DNA of 38,304 bases from a virus. The notes beneath the pieces were generated by a model. That model had not been told where the DNA came from, did not search any database, and saw only the letters and a list, made by a program, of their open reading frames with translations. Shown here in pieces: positions 21,908 through 31,614 of the stretch. Location: the IMG/VR virus record IMGVR_UViG_3300042289_000484; one strand, written 5' to 3'. Positions within the stretch are counted from its first letter, which is position 1. Every line of letters begins with the position of its first letter. A program made the position numbers and the translations under genes.

Positions 21908-23593
21908 ATGTTAGAGGGATACAACCGATACATCAAGACGGTGCAGGCCGGAATCGTGCCTGTTTGTGAATATGTTAAAAACGCAGTTGCCAGGCAGTTA
22001 AATGACCTGAAGCGACAAGGCACGCCCGACTTCCCGTACCACTTTGATAAACAGGAAGCGGAGCGCTGGATTTCCTTTATTTCCATACTTCGCCACACTT
22101 CCGGCGAATGGAAAGGACAGTTTTTCAATATTCAGGACTTTCAGGCGTTCCGGTGGGCGGTACTTTTTGGATGGCAGCGCAATGACGGTAAAGGACGCAG
22201 ATTCAGGCGTGCATTCGTGGAGGTGGCCCGAAAGCAGGGAAAGACGGAAGAGGCAGCCGCTATCATGCTCGGTGGCCTGCTGATAGATGGCGAACAGACA
22301 GCACAGATTTACAGCGCTGCAACAACCAGGCATCAGGCTAAGATCGTGTACAATGCCGCAAAGATGATGGGGCGGGAACTGAAGCAGGACAGCGAAACAA
22401 TACGCGACCTGTTAAAGGTTATGCAACACAGGGTAATATTTGAGCAAAATGACAGCTTCATGGAAGCCTTGAGCGCTGAAGCCGGAACACTTGACGGATT
22501 AAGTCCTCATATCGCTGTCATTGACGAGTTCCACGCGCACCCGACAAACGAAGTGCTGAAGGTTATTGAGACAGGCATGGGTGCGCGCACGCAGCCATTG
22601 ACATACATCATCACCACAGCCGGATTCAATTTTGAATCGCCCTGGTACCACATGAGGCAGAACTGCATTGACATCCTGCGGGGGCTGAAGCACGATGATA
22701 CATTTTTTGGAATTATTTACACGCTGGATGATGGTGATGACTGGAACGACAAAACATCGTGGGTAAAATCAAACCCACAGATCGGAACTACTCCCACATG
22801 GGAGTTCATGGAGTCAGAGTACACCAAAGCGGTAAACGAGGGCGGTAGATCGGAGGTAGAGTTCAAAACAAAAAACCTGAATCTACCTGTAGGCGTTTCT
22901 GAAGTGTGGATACCTGATGAACTTTGGCAGGCGTGCCGAGATGAGATAAACCACGCCGAACTGCAGGGCCGCGAATGTTACGCAGGCATTGACTTTGCGG
23001 CTGTGTCTGACTTTACAGCACTTGTTGTCCTCTTCCCGCCTGTTTCGGATGATGACCACTACATCATTATCCCGCACTTTTGGATTCCTGAAGAGGTGCT
23101 GAAGATCAGATCACGCGATTTGCCTGACATTGTGCGGTGGCAAAAGGACGGACTTGTAACGGTAACGCCCGGAAACGTGACGGATTACGACTACCTGACA
23201 GCCGAGGTGCACCGTTTGCGCAGTCTTTACGACATCCGGTCAATAGGCTACGACCCACACAACGCATGGCAGACAATATCTAAGCTGGAGGCAGACGGGC
23301 TGCCTATGGACAAATTCAGTCAGGGAATCATGAATATGTCCCCACCAAGCAAGGAATTTGAGCGAATTGTCCGCAATGCGCGTTTGAATCACGGAGGCAA
23401 TCCGGTGCTTCGCTGGATGCTACAGAATTGTGTTCCGTACTATGATTTTAACGAAAATCTGAAGATCAGGAAGATGAAGGAAACACGCGGGGCAAAGATT
23501 GACGGCATTGTAGCCGCTATCATTGCACTCGGTGAATACCTGAAGAATCCACAACCGGAAGTTTACAGCCAAACAGGACTTTTCTATGTATGA
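21908..23593 (+). CDS. terL: Terminase large subunit
   Basis: VARKQGKT (Walker A), AVIDEFH (Walker B), C-terminal nuclease-like region. 561 aa. Confidence 0.9.
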   Translation: MLEGYNRYIKTVQAGIVPVCEYVKNAVARQLNDLKRQGTPDFPYHFDKQEAERWISFISILRHTSGEWKGQFFNIQDFQAFRWAVLFGWQRNDGKGRRFRRAFVEVARKQGKTEEAAAIMLGGLLIDGEQTAQIYSAATTRHQAKIVYNAAKMMGRELKQDSETIRDLLKVMQHRVIFEQNDSFMEALSAEAGTLDGLSPHIAVIDEFHAHPTNEVLKVIETGMGARTQPLTYIITTAGFNFESPWYHMRQNCIDILRGLKHDDTFFGIIYTLDDGDDWNDKTSWVKSNPQIGTTPTWEFMESEYTKAVNEGGRSEVEFKTKNLNLPVGVSEVWIPDELWQACRDEINHAELQGRECYAGIDFAAVSDFTALVVLFPPVSDDDHYIIIPHFWIPEEVLKIRSRDLPDIVRWQKDGLVTVTPGNVTDYDYLTAEVHRLRSLYDIRSIGYDPHNAWQTISKLEADGLPMDKFSQGIMNMSPPSKEFERIVRNARLNHGGNPVLRWMLQNCVPYYDFNENLKIRKMKETRGAKIDGIVAAIIALGEYLKNPQPEVYSQTGLFYV

Positions 23594-23804
23594 CGAACTA
23601 AGAGACTTCAGGCGTGAAAACTTTGAGGAGTTTTTACAATTGTTTCATACCTTGCATGAAGTTTCAGCCACGTATCAGGAAACGTATGAGGTGGCTGAAC
23701 TGGAGTTTGCGAAAAAACACGGCATGAGAATCTTTAAAAACTTCATGCACTTCCACAACTACAAAGCCAGGTACAACAAACGAAAAGCTAAGCCCAAAAA
23801 ATAG
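23586..23804 (+). CDS. Hypothetical small protein
   Basis: 72-aa ORF overlapping the TerL stop. Confidence 0.5.
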   Translation: MYDELRDFRRENFEEFLQLFHTLHEVSATYQETYEVAELEFAKKHGMRIFKNFMHFHNYKARYNKRKAKPKK

Positions 23805-23831
23805 AGATCGTTTCATGTTATTTTGGTTCCG

Positions 23832-23865
23832 GCCCACTTGATTAATCAGGTGGGCTTTTTATTTT
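23832..23865 (+). terminator. Rho-independent terminator
   Basis: gcccacttg / caggtgggc form a 9-bp stem (one G-U) with loop attaat, then tttttatttt. Confidence 0.7.
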
Positions 23866-23900
23866 CATCATGTTTTTTATTTGCCGCCTTGCATATCCGA

Positions 23901-23908
23901 TACCTTTG
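23901..23908 (+). promoter_or_regulatory. -7 box TAccTTTG just upstream of the portal ATG
   Basis: Exact TAnnTTTG ending 7 nt before ATG 23916. Confidence 0.45.
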
Positions 23909-23915
23909 TATTGCA

Positions 23916-25208
23916 ATGGGTATTATCTCACAGATACGCGGCATATTTCAAAGCGAGCAACGCAACAGCCTATCGCATCCAGCAGAATGGATGTACACAT
24001 GGATGGGTGGCAAACCTACCCGTTCAGGCGTAAATGTAAACGGAGAAACAGCCCTGACACACGCGGGCGTATTCGCGTGCGCAAAGATTCTATCCGAATC
24101 GGTCGCATCGCTTCCTGTAGCACTTTACATAGATACGGGTGAAGTTGTTAACGAATTGTCAAACGATACGCGCACACGACTGATAGGCGCGGAGCCTTCA
24201 GAGCTGTACACGTCATTTGACTTTCGGTCAACCGCCATGCTTCACCTTGCGCTTCATGGCAACTTCTATGCAGACATTATCCGCGATGGCAACCGCCGCC
24301 CGGTCGAACTCCGCATCATAGAAAACCCTAACTGGGTAAAGCCTGAACTTGACCCTGAAGGCCGCCTTTGGTATCGCATATTTGACCAACGCAGTACCGC
24401 AGGCGGTTATGTAGAGCGTACTCTTCCGGTTCGCGCACGTGATATTATCCACGTCAAGGGCATCAGCAGTAACGGCATTGAGGGTAAATCCCCTATCACC
24501 CTATTCAGGGAGAATGTAGGACTTGGTATAGCCACCACGCAGACACAGGGCAGCCTGTGGAAGAATGGCACTTTGATTAATGGCTACCTGAAACATCCTG
24601 GCAGGCTTGCGCCTGATCAGGCACAAAATCTGCGTGACAGTTGGCAGAGCAGGTACACAGGCCGCGACAACGCAGGAAAAACACCTGTACTTGAGGCGGG
24701 TATGGAGTTCGTGCCATTGACGCTGAAGCCAGCCGATGCCATGTTCATTGAAACAGCAAAGTTATCGCTGCACGATGTTTGCCGGATATACCGCATACCG
24801 CCTCACATGGTCGGTGACCTTGAGCGATCAACCAACAACAACATCGAACACCAAAGCCTTGAGTTCGTGCGCGACACGTTGCGCCCCTGGCTTAAGAATT
24901 GGGAGCAGGAACTCAACAGGAAGTTACTGTTTGAATCTGAAAAAAACAGAATGTTCTTTCGCTTCAATGTTGATGCCCTGCTTCGCGGCGACACTAAATC
25001 GCGTTCTGAATACTTCGCGCGTGCGCTCGGTTCCGTTTCAACTCCGGGCTGGATGACACCTAACGAAGTGCGGAGGCTGGAGAACATGAATCCGGTTACA
25101 TCTGGCGACACGGTTTATAACCCTACTTTGAATAACGAACAGCCGGACGTAGTGCAGGCTGACAACATACAAGACAATGGACAACAGCAAGCAAGCGCTA
25201 CAGCCTGA
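23916..25208 (+). CDS. Portal protein (HK97-family-like)
   Basis: About 430 aa directly after TerL. Start moved to MGIISQIRGIF because the track's extension covers the terminator and promoter. Confidence 0.8.
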   Translation: MGIISQIRGIFQSEQRNSLSHPAEWMYTWMGGKPTRSGVNVNGETALTHAGVFACAKILSESVASLPVALYIDTGEVVNELSNDTRTRLIGAEPSELYTSFDFRSTAMLHLALHGNFYADIIRDGNRRPVELRIIENPNWVKPELDPEGRLWYRIFDQRSTAGGYVERTLPVRARDIIHVKGISSNGIEGKSPITLFRENVGLGIATTQTQGSLWKNGTLINGYLKHPGRLAPDQAQNLRDSWQSRYTGRDNAGKTPVLEAGMEFVPLTLKPADAMFIETAKLSLHDVCRIYRIPPHMVGDLERSTNNNIEHQSLEFVRDTLRPWLKNWEQELNRKLLFESEKNRMFFRFNVDALLRGDTKSRSEYFARALGSVSTPGWMTPNEVRRLENMNPVTSGDTVYNPTLNNEQPDVVQADNIQDNGQQQASATA

Positions 25209-26073
25209 AATACGCTCCTTTACTGAAGGCGTGGAAATCCGCATGACGGAGGACGGCAAGCCTTCTGTTTTTGGATATGCGCTGAAGTGGGGCAAATCCT
25301 ATGACATGGGATACTTCACCGAAGAGATACAGCGCTCTGCACTTTCGGAGGCTGATATGTCGGACGTGCGCATCCTGTTTAACCACGATCCCAATCTGAT
25401 TATCGGTCGCACGAAGTCAGGCACAGCCACAGTTGGCACGGATGAGACGGGAATGTGGTACAGGGCATCCATACCGGACAGCCCAACCGGACAGAATCTC
25501 ATTGAAGCGCTCAAGCGCGGTGACATAGATCAAAGTTCGTGGTCGTTCCAAATTGCACGCAATGAGGCGGGTATGTCGGTCGGCGATGAATGGAGAATGA
25601 AGGACGGCAAAGAGCATCGAGTAATTACCAAAGTAAAGCGCGTGTTCGATGCTTCGCCCGTTACCTATCCTGCCAATCCGGATACATCAGTCGCTATGCG
25701 CTCGCTAGAGATGGCAAAGCGCAACGGTGAAGGTTACGAAGAAATGCCGCCAAAGGCACAGGCTATTGAGGCAATCACAGGCACGATTGAATGCCTGAAT
25801 GAATCTGTATCTGAACTCAAGGGTTATGCCGACAAGATGACCATGATTGCATCAGTCAATCCTGATTTGTCAGCAGCCAATGATTTGGCAGCGCTTTTGA
25901 ATGCGCGTGCTGATGAAAATACAGCGCTTGTTGCAACGCTCGCAGCAGCTATACAGGCGCTAAGCACAACTGAAAGTCAAAGGTCGGTTAATCCCGATCT
26001 TACAGAAACTTACAATCTGCTATGCCGCGCACTCGACCGGAAGGCAGCAATCATTCAACGCAAACAAATTTAA
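25177..26073 (+). CDS. Prohead maturation protease (HK97-type, S78-like)
   Basis: VFGYALKWG, ILFNHD and SSWSFQI motifs, with a C-terminal helical scaffold-like part. Lies between portal and capsid. Confidence 0.8.
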   Translation: MDNSKQALQPEIRSFTEGVEIRMTEDGKPSVFGYALKWGKSYDMGYFTEEIQRSALSEADMSDVRILFNHDPNLIIGRTKSGTATVGTDETGMWYRASIPDSPTGQNLIEALKRGDIDQSSWSFQIARNEAGMSVGDEWRMKDGKEHRVITKVKRVFDASPVTYPANPDTSVAMRSLEMAKRNGEGYEEMPPKAQAIEAITGTIECLNESVSELKGYADKMTMIASVNPDLSAANDLAALLNARADENTALVATLAAAIQALSTTESQRSVNPDLTETYNLLCRALDRKAAIIQRKQI

Positions 26074-26076
26074 GCA

Positions 26077-27300
26077 ATGGTAACAGGTATTCAAAATCTG
26101 TACGATCAGCGTGCGCGGATCATTGAGCAAATGAAAGCGACCGCCACAAAGGCAGCCACAGAAGGGCGTGCTATGAGTGAGGAAGAACTCACTTCATGGC
26201 GCAAGATGGAGGCCGATGAATCGGCTTTGACATCATCCATTCAGGCAAACGAAGCACTTGAGGCTTTGGAGGCCCGTAATGTAAAGGCCAAATTCGAGAA
26301 TGCGCCAAAGGCGGCAGACAAGGGCAAACAGCGTGACTACGTCAGCGCCTATGAGCTGTTTGTGCGCAAAGGATGGCATGAAATGGATTCAGAAAGCCGC
26401 AGTATTCTTCGTGAAAAGCGCGGAACGTCAAACCAGGTCGTAGGCACCGATTCGCTCGGTGGATACCTTGTGCCGGACACATGGCAGCCTGAAATTGAGC
26501 GTGCAATGAAATCGTATTCCGGCATCCTTCAGGCTTGCAGAGTCCTTCAAACGTCAACAGGCGAAACAAGGTACTGGCCGACCGAAGATGATACAAGCAC
26601 GAAAGCCGTAAAGGTTGGCGAGGCATCATCGTTTACCGTTCAGGACTTGACGCTCGGACAGGCTCAACTTGACGCTTACAAGTACGGCTCTGTAATGAAA
26701 GTGTCGTATGAGCTGCTTCAGGACAATGCGTACAACATCGAACGCGAATTGCGCGATGCCTTTGCGCCTCGCTTTGGCCGTGCGCTCAATGAGCAATGTA
26801 CAATCGGTGACGGTTCCGGCGATCCGAATGGCGTAGTTACCGCTTCCACGCTCGGTAAGACAGCCGCGTCTGCAACCGCTTTCACGTACCTGGAACTCCT
26901 TGATCTGAAGCACAGCATTGACCCGGCGTACAGGGCAAATCCTGACCAGTTCGGGTTTATGTTCCATGACAACGTACTGCTCGCAATCAAGAAATTTGTG
27001 GACAGCCAAAACCGCCCATTGTGGATGCCTTCATACGTGGCAGGTGAGGCCGACCGGATTGACGGCACAAGATTTTGGGTGAATCAGGACATGGACAGCA
27101 GCATCAACGCCTCTTCCAAACTTATCCTGTGTGGTGACTTCAGTAAGTACATTGTGCGTATTGCTCAGGACATGATTATCGCACGCCGTGACGAACTGTA
27201 CTCTGAAAGCGGACTTGTCGGCTTCCAGGCATGGATGCGCTTCGATGGCGAGTGTATCAACACAGCAGCAATCAAGCACCTTATCACAGCTGCATCCTAA
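26077..27300 (+). CDS. Major capsid protein, HK97 fold family
   Basis: 407 aa with an N-terminal coiled-coil delta-like region and GGYLVP. Gene order is portal-protease-capsid. Confidence 0.85.
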   Translation: MVTGIQNLYDQRARIIEQMKATATKAATEGRAMSEEELTSWRKMEADESALTSSIQANEALEALEARNVKAKFENAPKAADKGKQRDYVSAYELFVRKGWHEMDSESRSILREKRGTSNQVVGTDSLGGYLVPDTWQPEIERAMKSYSGILQACRVLQTSTGETRYWPTEDDTSTKAVKVGEASSFTVQDLTLGQAQLDAYKYGSVMKVSYELLQDNAYNIERELRDAFAPRFGRALNEQCTIGDGSGDPNGVVTASTLGKTAASATAFTYLELLDLKHSIDPAYRANPDQFGFMFHDNVLLAIKKFVDSQNRPLWMPSYVAGEADRIDGTRFWVNQDMDSSINASSKLILCGDFSKYIVRIAQDMIIARRDELYSESGLVGFQAWMRFDGECINTAAIKHLITAAS

Positions 27301-27509
27301 TGAAGGTCAGGATACTTGAATCGCTTGTCGGCAACGATCCGGACACAAAGCAATCGTTCAGCTACGGTAAAGGGCAGGAAGTTGATATGCCTACCAACCG
27401 TGCGCTTTCCCTCATTCGCGGTGGCCTTGCCATCGAAATACAGGCAGAGCAGCCCAAAGTAGAACGTGCGGCCGGACTTCCACCGACAAACGAAAAGCGT
27501 AAGAAATAA
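27300..27509 (+). CDS. Hypothetical head-associated small protein
   Basis: TAATG overlap with the capsid stop. 69 aa from MKVRILE. Confidence 0.45.
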   Translation: MKVRILESLVGNDPDTKQSFSYGKGQEVDMPTNRALSLIRGGLAIEIQAEQPKVERAAGLPPTNEKRKK

Positions 27510-27512
27510 CAC

Positions 27513-27896
27513 ATGGCTACAACGGACGCGCAACTTCTATCTCTTCGACCGCCCTATGTGGCGTTAGAATGGTACAAAAGCCGCACAACTGCCTTCACGG
27601 TTACTGTGGAGGACACTAACGGCACGCCTGTGAATCTTACAGGTGCAACTGCTACCATGCAGATAAAGAGCGCGTCCGGTAGCGTGTTATTAACACTCAC
27701 AACCACAGCAAATGCAGGTATTGCGCTGACTAACCCGACAAGCGGGCAAATGACAATCAGCCCTGAAGCAGTAGGAACCGGAACGCTGCCAATTTCAAAC
27801 GTGCTGAATACCGACCTGAAGCTAACCCTGTCATCCGGCGTAGTGTATGTCCTATTTCGGGCAACCATCACGCTGATTGATAAAATCACAGCATAA
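27513..27896 (+). CDS. Hypothetical structural protein (beta-rich, Ig-like composition)
   Basis: 127 aa, T/S/V-rich with alternating pattern. Function not established. Confidence 0.5.
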   Translation: MATTDAQLLSLRPPYVALEWYKSRTTAFTVTVEDTNGTPVNLTGATATMQIKSASGSVLLTLTTTANAGIALTNPTSGQMTISPEAVGTGTLPISNVLNTDLKLTLSSGVVYVLFRATITLIDKITA

Positions 27897-27904
27897 TCTA
27901 AGCG

Positions 27905-28186
27905 ATGGCAGATATTCAGGTTACGCTCAATTCTTCTAACATCACGGTTCAGTTCCCTGTGTCGCAGGTCGGCGCTGGTGTGCCATCCGGAGGAACAGCA
28001 GGACAACTGATAGTAAAGGACACATCAACTGATTATGATACGAGTTGGACAACCATTAACGCTATCTTAGGCGCGTTACCTGAATACAATTCAAACGATG
28101 CCGCAATAGCCGCTGGTAAAACCGCTTATCGTGCAGGAGCAGCACACGACAGCGCAACCAAAGGAACAATAATCTACATCACATGA
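27905..28186 (+). CDS. Hypothetical structural protein
   Basis: 93-aa ORF. GGTAGQLIVKDTSTDYDTSW is a motif also common at fibre N-termini. Confidence 0.5.
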   Translation: MADIQVTLNSSNITVQFPVSQVGAGVPSGGTAGQLIVKDTSTDYDTSWTTINAILGALPEYNSNDAAIAAGKTAYRAGAAHDSATKGTIIYIT

Positions 28187-28806
28187 TAGCATCAGACTAC
28201 AATACCACGCACAGCCCGTACTACACAGGCTATACGGTTAATGCTGAAACTATCAGCGAAGAGTTGCCCGTAGCCATCGAAGATGCCAGGGCGCAACTTC
28301 GCATGGATGACCTGCGCCATGATGATGAGTATCTGATGCTGTTAATTCGGGCGCAATGCGATCTGATTGAAAGGTCGTATCAGGTCGCTCTTCTTAATAA
28401 GGTCGTATCTGAATGCCACAAACAATTCCCTTGTGACAGCCTTCGGCCTATGACTTTGGCCGGGCTTGTTCCGATTCAGTCAGTTTCTGCGATTGAGTAT
28501 TACAACAGTTCGGGAACGCTCACAACGTGGCCATCAAATCAGTACGATGTAAAGGTCACATCAGGTGGCGCAACCGTCATGCCCAAAGTAAATTACAGTT
28601 ACCCTTCAGATGTGCAAATCAGGCCGGACGCTGTGACGATCACGTACACAGCCGGATATGGCACAAGTTCAATCAATATACCCGACACCGTGCGACTTGG
28701 TATTCTTTCCCGCATTGGCAGAGCATACACCAATCGTGAGGACAGTAAGGAAACGGAGTTCAGTATGTCAGATGTTTTGCTTCAGCCGCTTAGGCGCTGG
28801 ATATAA
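28183..28806 (+). CDS. Head-tail connector (gp6-like)
   Basis: IEDARAQLRMDDLRHDDEYLMLLIRAQCDLIE matches the gp6-like connector N-terminal pattern. Confidence 0.65.
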   Translation: MIASDYNTTHSPYYTGYTVNAETISEELPVAIEDARAQLRMDDLRHDDEYLMLLIRAQCDLIERSYQVALLNKVVSECHKQFPCDSLRPMTLAGLVPIQSVSAIEYYNSSGTLTTWPSNQYDVKVTSGGATVMPKVNYSYPSDVQIRPDAVTITYTAGYGTSSINIPDTVRLGILSRIGRAYTNREDSKETEFSMSDVLLQPLRRWI

Positions 28807-28815
28807 TTTGAACCA

Positions 28816-29148
28816 ATGGCAAAGCAGACACAAATAGGCGAACGTAGGCACAGAATCATGTTTGAGCAGCCTACAACGTCAAGGGGCACATCCGGACAGG
28901 AGTTGTTAACCTGGACACGATATACTGAAGTGTGGGCAAAGGTGACGTATAAAATGGGTGGCAATGCGGATGAGATGATGGCAGACAGGCCCACCACGCA
29001 AACCGCTGTTACGTTTGATATTGCGTATCGTGATGGATTAAACGAGAAAATGAGGATCAACTTTGAAGGCGATCTTTTCGATATAATGTACATCCAAAAG
29101 CCTGACTTCAGGCAATCGCTGTTAATTACAGCACAAAGGCACGACTGA
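28816..29148 (+). CDS. Head closure / head-tail adaptor protein
   Basis: RHRIMFEQP...WAKV...MRINFEGDLFDIMYI pattern. 110 aa. Confidence 0.65.
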   Translation: MAKQTQIGERRHRIMFEQPTTSRGTSGQELLTWTRYTEVWAKVTYKMGGNADEMMADRPTTQTAVTFDIAYRDGLNEKMRINFEGDLFDIMYIQKPDFRQSLLITAQRHD

Positions 29149-29555
29149 TGAAAGTAGGTCAATACGTTTACGCCAAATTAAGCGCAACAGCAGCCGTCAC
29201 GGCGCTTGTTGGCACTCGTATTTATCCGGTGTTCATTCCTGAAGATGCCACATATCCTGCCATTGTGTTCACGGTGTCCAATGCACCGACTGACAATCAG
29301 AAAGACAGGAAAAGCGACCACGACACAGCGACCGTGACCTTTACATATTGGGCTGAAGCGAAGCAGGGGCTAAACGCATACGGAGCGCTGGATAATGTAG
29401 ATGTGGCAGTCAGGGATGCGCTTGACTTTGTTACAGGCACAGCCGGAGGCGTAACGGTAGAGGGTTGCAAATACATTTCATCTACTGATGGCATGGATGA
29501 AGATGTGCTGTTTGTTTCACGCACGTCTGTTTATCAGTTCATAACTGCTAACTAA
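29148..29555 (+). CDS. Tail completion/terminator-like protein (DUF3168-like)
   Basis: YAKLSATAAVTALVGTRIYPVFIPEDATYPAIVFTV N-terminal pattern. Confidence 0.5.
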   Translation: MKVGQYVYAKLSATAAVTALVGTRIYPVFIPEDATYPAIVFTVSNAPTDNQKDRKSDHDTATVTFTYWAEAKQGLNAYGALDNVDVAVRDALDFVTGTAGGVTVEGCKYISSTDGMDEDVLFVSRTSVYQFITAN

Positions 29556-29556
29556 C

Positions 29557-30129
29557 ATGAGTTATCAATTAGGGGTTGAAATAAACGATGTAATACGCGG
29601 GCTGCAATTACTGACAGCGCAAATGAAAAAGGACGTTAATAACGACCTTAAAGGCCCGGCTGACCTATTAGCCTCTGCCATCAAAGCAAGGACACCTGTA
29701 TCATCAAAGTCGCACAGCCGATACAGGAGAGTGGGCAAAAAAGGAACAAGAGCAAGAAAGGGCAGCGGAGTGATTGTCGCTACATACAGGCCTGGTAACT
29801 TGCAAAAGTCATTCAGGAGCCTTTCAAAATTGCGTAGAATCAGATTGGGTGTAATGGTAGGGCCATTGCTCGGGGGAAAGCGAATTGACGGTTATTATGC
29901 GCACTTTGTAAACAATGGCGTTACGATGACCAACGGAAAAACAAGAGCCGGAAAACGATTTGTAGAGGCCGCAATAGCAGCAGCAGGGCCAGTTGCACAA
30001 AACGCCATCCTGCAGATAATCGGTTCAAAGATTGATACCGTGAATCGTGAATCAAAGAATACATCAAGTGTTTCGCGTGGAACAGCGCCTTGGTACAAAC
30101 TTTACGCCCGCGCAAAGGGCAGGGAATAA
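29557..30129 (+). CDS. HK97 gp10-like neck protein
   Basis: LLASAIKARTPV...YYAHFVNNG pattern. Confidence 0.5.
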   Translation: MSYQLGVEINDVIRGLQLLTAQMKKDVNNDLKGPADLLASAIKARTPVSSKSHSRYRRVGKKGTRARKGSGVIVATYRPGNLQKSFRSLSKLRRIRLGVMVGPLLGGKRIDGYYAHFVNNGVTMTNGKTRAGKRFVEAAIAAAGPVAQNAILQIIGSKIDTVNRESKNTSSVSRGTAPWYKLYARAKGRE

Positions 30130-30141
30130 AAAGACAACACC

Positions 30142-30441
30142 ATGAAGATACAACTTTTAAAGGATTACGAAAATTGGGGAGCGGGTACGGTGCTGGATGT
30201 GACACCGAATGACGCACAGCCACTCCTGACTAATGGAACGGCAAAGCAAGTGCCTGATGACACACGGGCGCGTAAATATCCGCTCGGCGCACAGGTCGAA
30301 AATCTGTGTGTTCCACTCGCTGAAAATATGACAATCACAGCCACGCCGCAATTCATCGCGTCAATTGAGGCTGATTTGAATACAAACGACACAACGCCAA
30401 AGCAACAGGCGCGGCGCATCTTCAACAAAAACAACGACTAA
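30142..30441 (+). CDS. Hypothetical protein
   Basis: 99-aa ORF. Confidence 0.5.
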   Translation: MKIQLLKDYENWGAGTVLDVTPNDAQPLLTNGTAKQVPDDTRARKYPLGAQVENLCVPLAENMTITATPQFIASIEADLNTNDTTPKQQARRIFNKNND

Positions 30442-30444
30442 ATC

Positions 30445-30855
30445 ATGGCTACAGTATTAGCAAAAAACATGAAGCTCTACACAGGAGCAACGCCAGCTGC
30501 CATTACGTGTCAGGTGGACGCTTCTATCTCAACTTCCACGAATATGTTTGAAACCACCTGCAAAGACAGCAGCGCGGTTTCTGAATTTCTGCCAGGTGCA
30601 AAGTCATGGACAGCATCCGTAACCGGAAACGTGGACTTTGCAGCTACCAATGGCGTGGAGGAACTGTTTACAGCATGGACAAACCAAACATCGGTTGCGC
30701 TTGTGTTCCAAACAGGCACAACAGGCGATGCAAAGTACAGCGGAAGCGGCTATGTATCATCCCTGCAAATCCAGTCCTCCGGCAATGATGAAGCTGTCAC
30801 ATTCTCTGCGGAATTTCAGGGAACAGGCGCTTTGACGCAGGCTAATATCTCATAA
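30445..30855 (+). CDS. Major tail protein
   Basis: 136 aa immediately upstream of the chaperone pair and tape measure. TCKDSS...SWTASVTGN pattern. Confidence 0.65.
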   Translation: MATVLAKNMKLYTGATPAAITCQVDASISTSTNMFETTCKDSSAVSEFLPGAKSWTASVTGNVDFAATNGVEELFTAWTNQTSVALVFQTGTTGDAKYSGSGYVSSLQIQSSGNDEAVTFSAEFQGTGALTQANIS

Positions 30856-30880
30856 TCCATCACATCAATCATCATCAACA

Positions 30881-31225
30881 ATGTCGCAAATCAAGTTAAA
30901 CGGCAAAATGCACCCTGTCAAATTTGGCATGGGCGCCCTCATTCAATACGAACGCAAAACGGGGCGATCCGCAATAGAGGACTTTCAAACGATGTCCGGT
31001 GGAGCGCCCCGCTTGTCGGTGGTGGCAGACCTTATCTATGCGGGCATCACGTGCGGTTACAGGCAATTCAAGAAGTTGCCCGACTTCACGGAGGATGACC
31101 TTGCGGACTGGTTGGATAATGAATCCATCGCTGAAATGATGCAGATGTTTCAGGATTCATTCCCACAGACGGACGCGGGAAACGCGAACAGCCCGGCGAA
31201 GCCGACAAAGCAGAAACGGGCGTAA
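30881..31225 (+). CDS. Tail assembly chaperone (G-like, zero-frame product)
   Basis: 114 aa between the major tail and tape measure genes. Contains a slippery heptamer near its 3' end. Confidence 0.7.
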   Translation: MSQIKLNGKMHPVKFGMGALIQYERKTGRSAIEDFQTMSGGAPRLSVVADLIYAGITCGYRQFKKLPDFTEDDLADWLDNESIAEMMQMFQDSFPQTDAGNANSPAKPTKQKRA

Positions 31226-31614
31226 AAATCAATTGGCATGACCTGTTAAGGCAGGCTGCTAAAATAGGCATGGATGAGGAAGAGTTCTACCTGTCAACGC
31301 CTGCTTATTTCAAGTACCGACAAGAAGCGCATTTTGAGCAATTCAAGAACGGTTGGGAGCAGACGCGCTTTGTGGCCTACATCATGGCAAAGACGGTAGA
31401 TTCAAAGAAGCAGATAAAAAAACCTGCTGATTTGCTTCCGTTCAGTTGGGATGCCCCGATTAAGTCACACCTGAAAACACGCTCACAGATGAACGACAAA
31501 GAGCGTGAAGAGTTTGATAAGTTCGACCGAGATGCAGATGAAATCCTGAAAAAAACCAACCCTGAACTTTACGCCCGTTACATGGAGGCTAAACTAAAAA
31601 AAGATGGCATCTAA
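30881..31614 (+). CDS. Tail assembly chaperone GT-like fusion (30881-31183 joined to 31183-31614 by a -1 shift)
   Basis: The frame of 31270-31614 extends upstream stop-free to 31135 and overlaps the G ORF by 90 nt around the heptamer. Confidence 0.6.
31177..31183 (+). promoter_or_regulatory. -1 programmed frameshift site G_GGA_AAC
   Basis: X_XXY_YYZ in the zero frame of 30881-31225. The -1 frame is open from 31135 through 31614. Confidence 0.7.

Noticed and set aside
31270-31614. Independent 114-aa gene
   Set aside because: Its frame is open upstream to 31135 and is reached by a canonical -1 heptamer in the preceding chaperone gene. It is better explained as the T part of a G/GT fusion.
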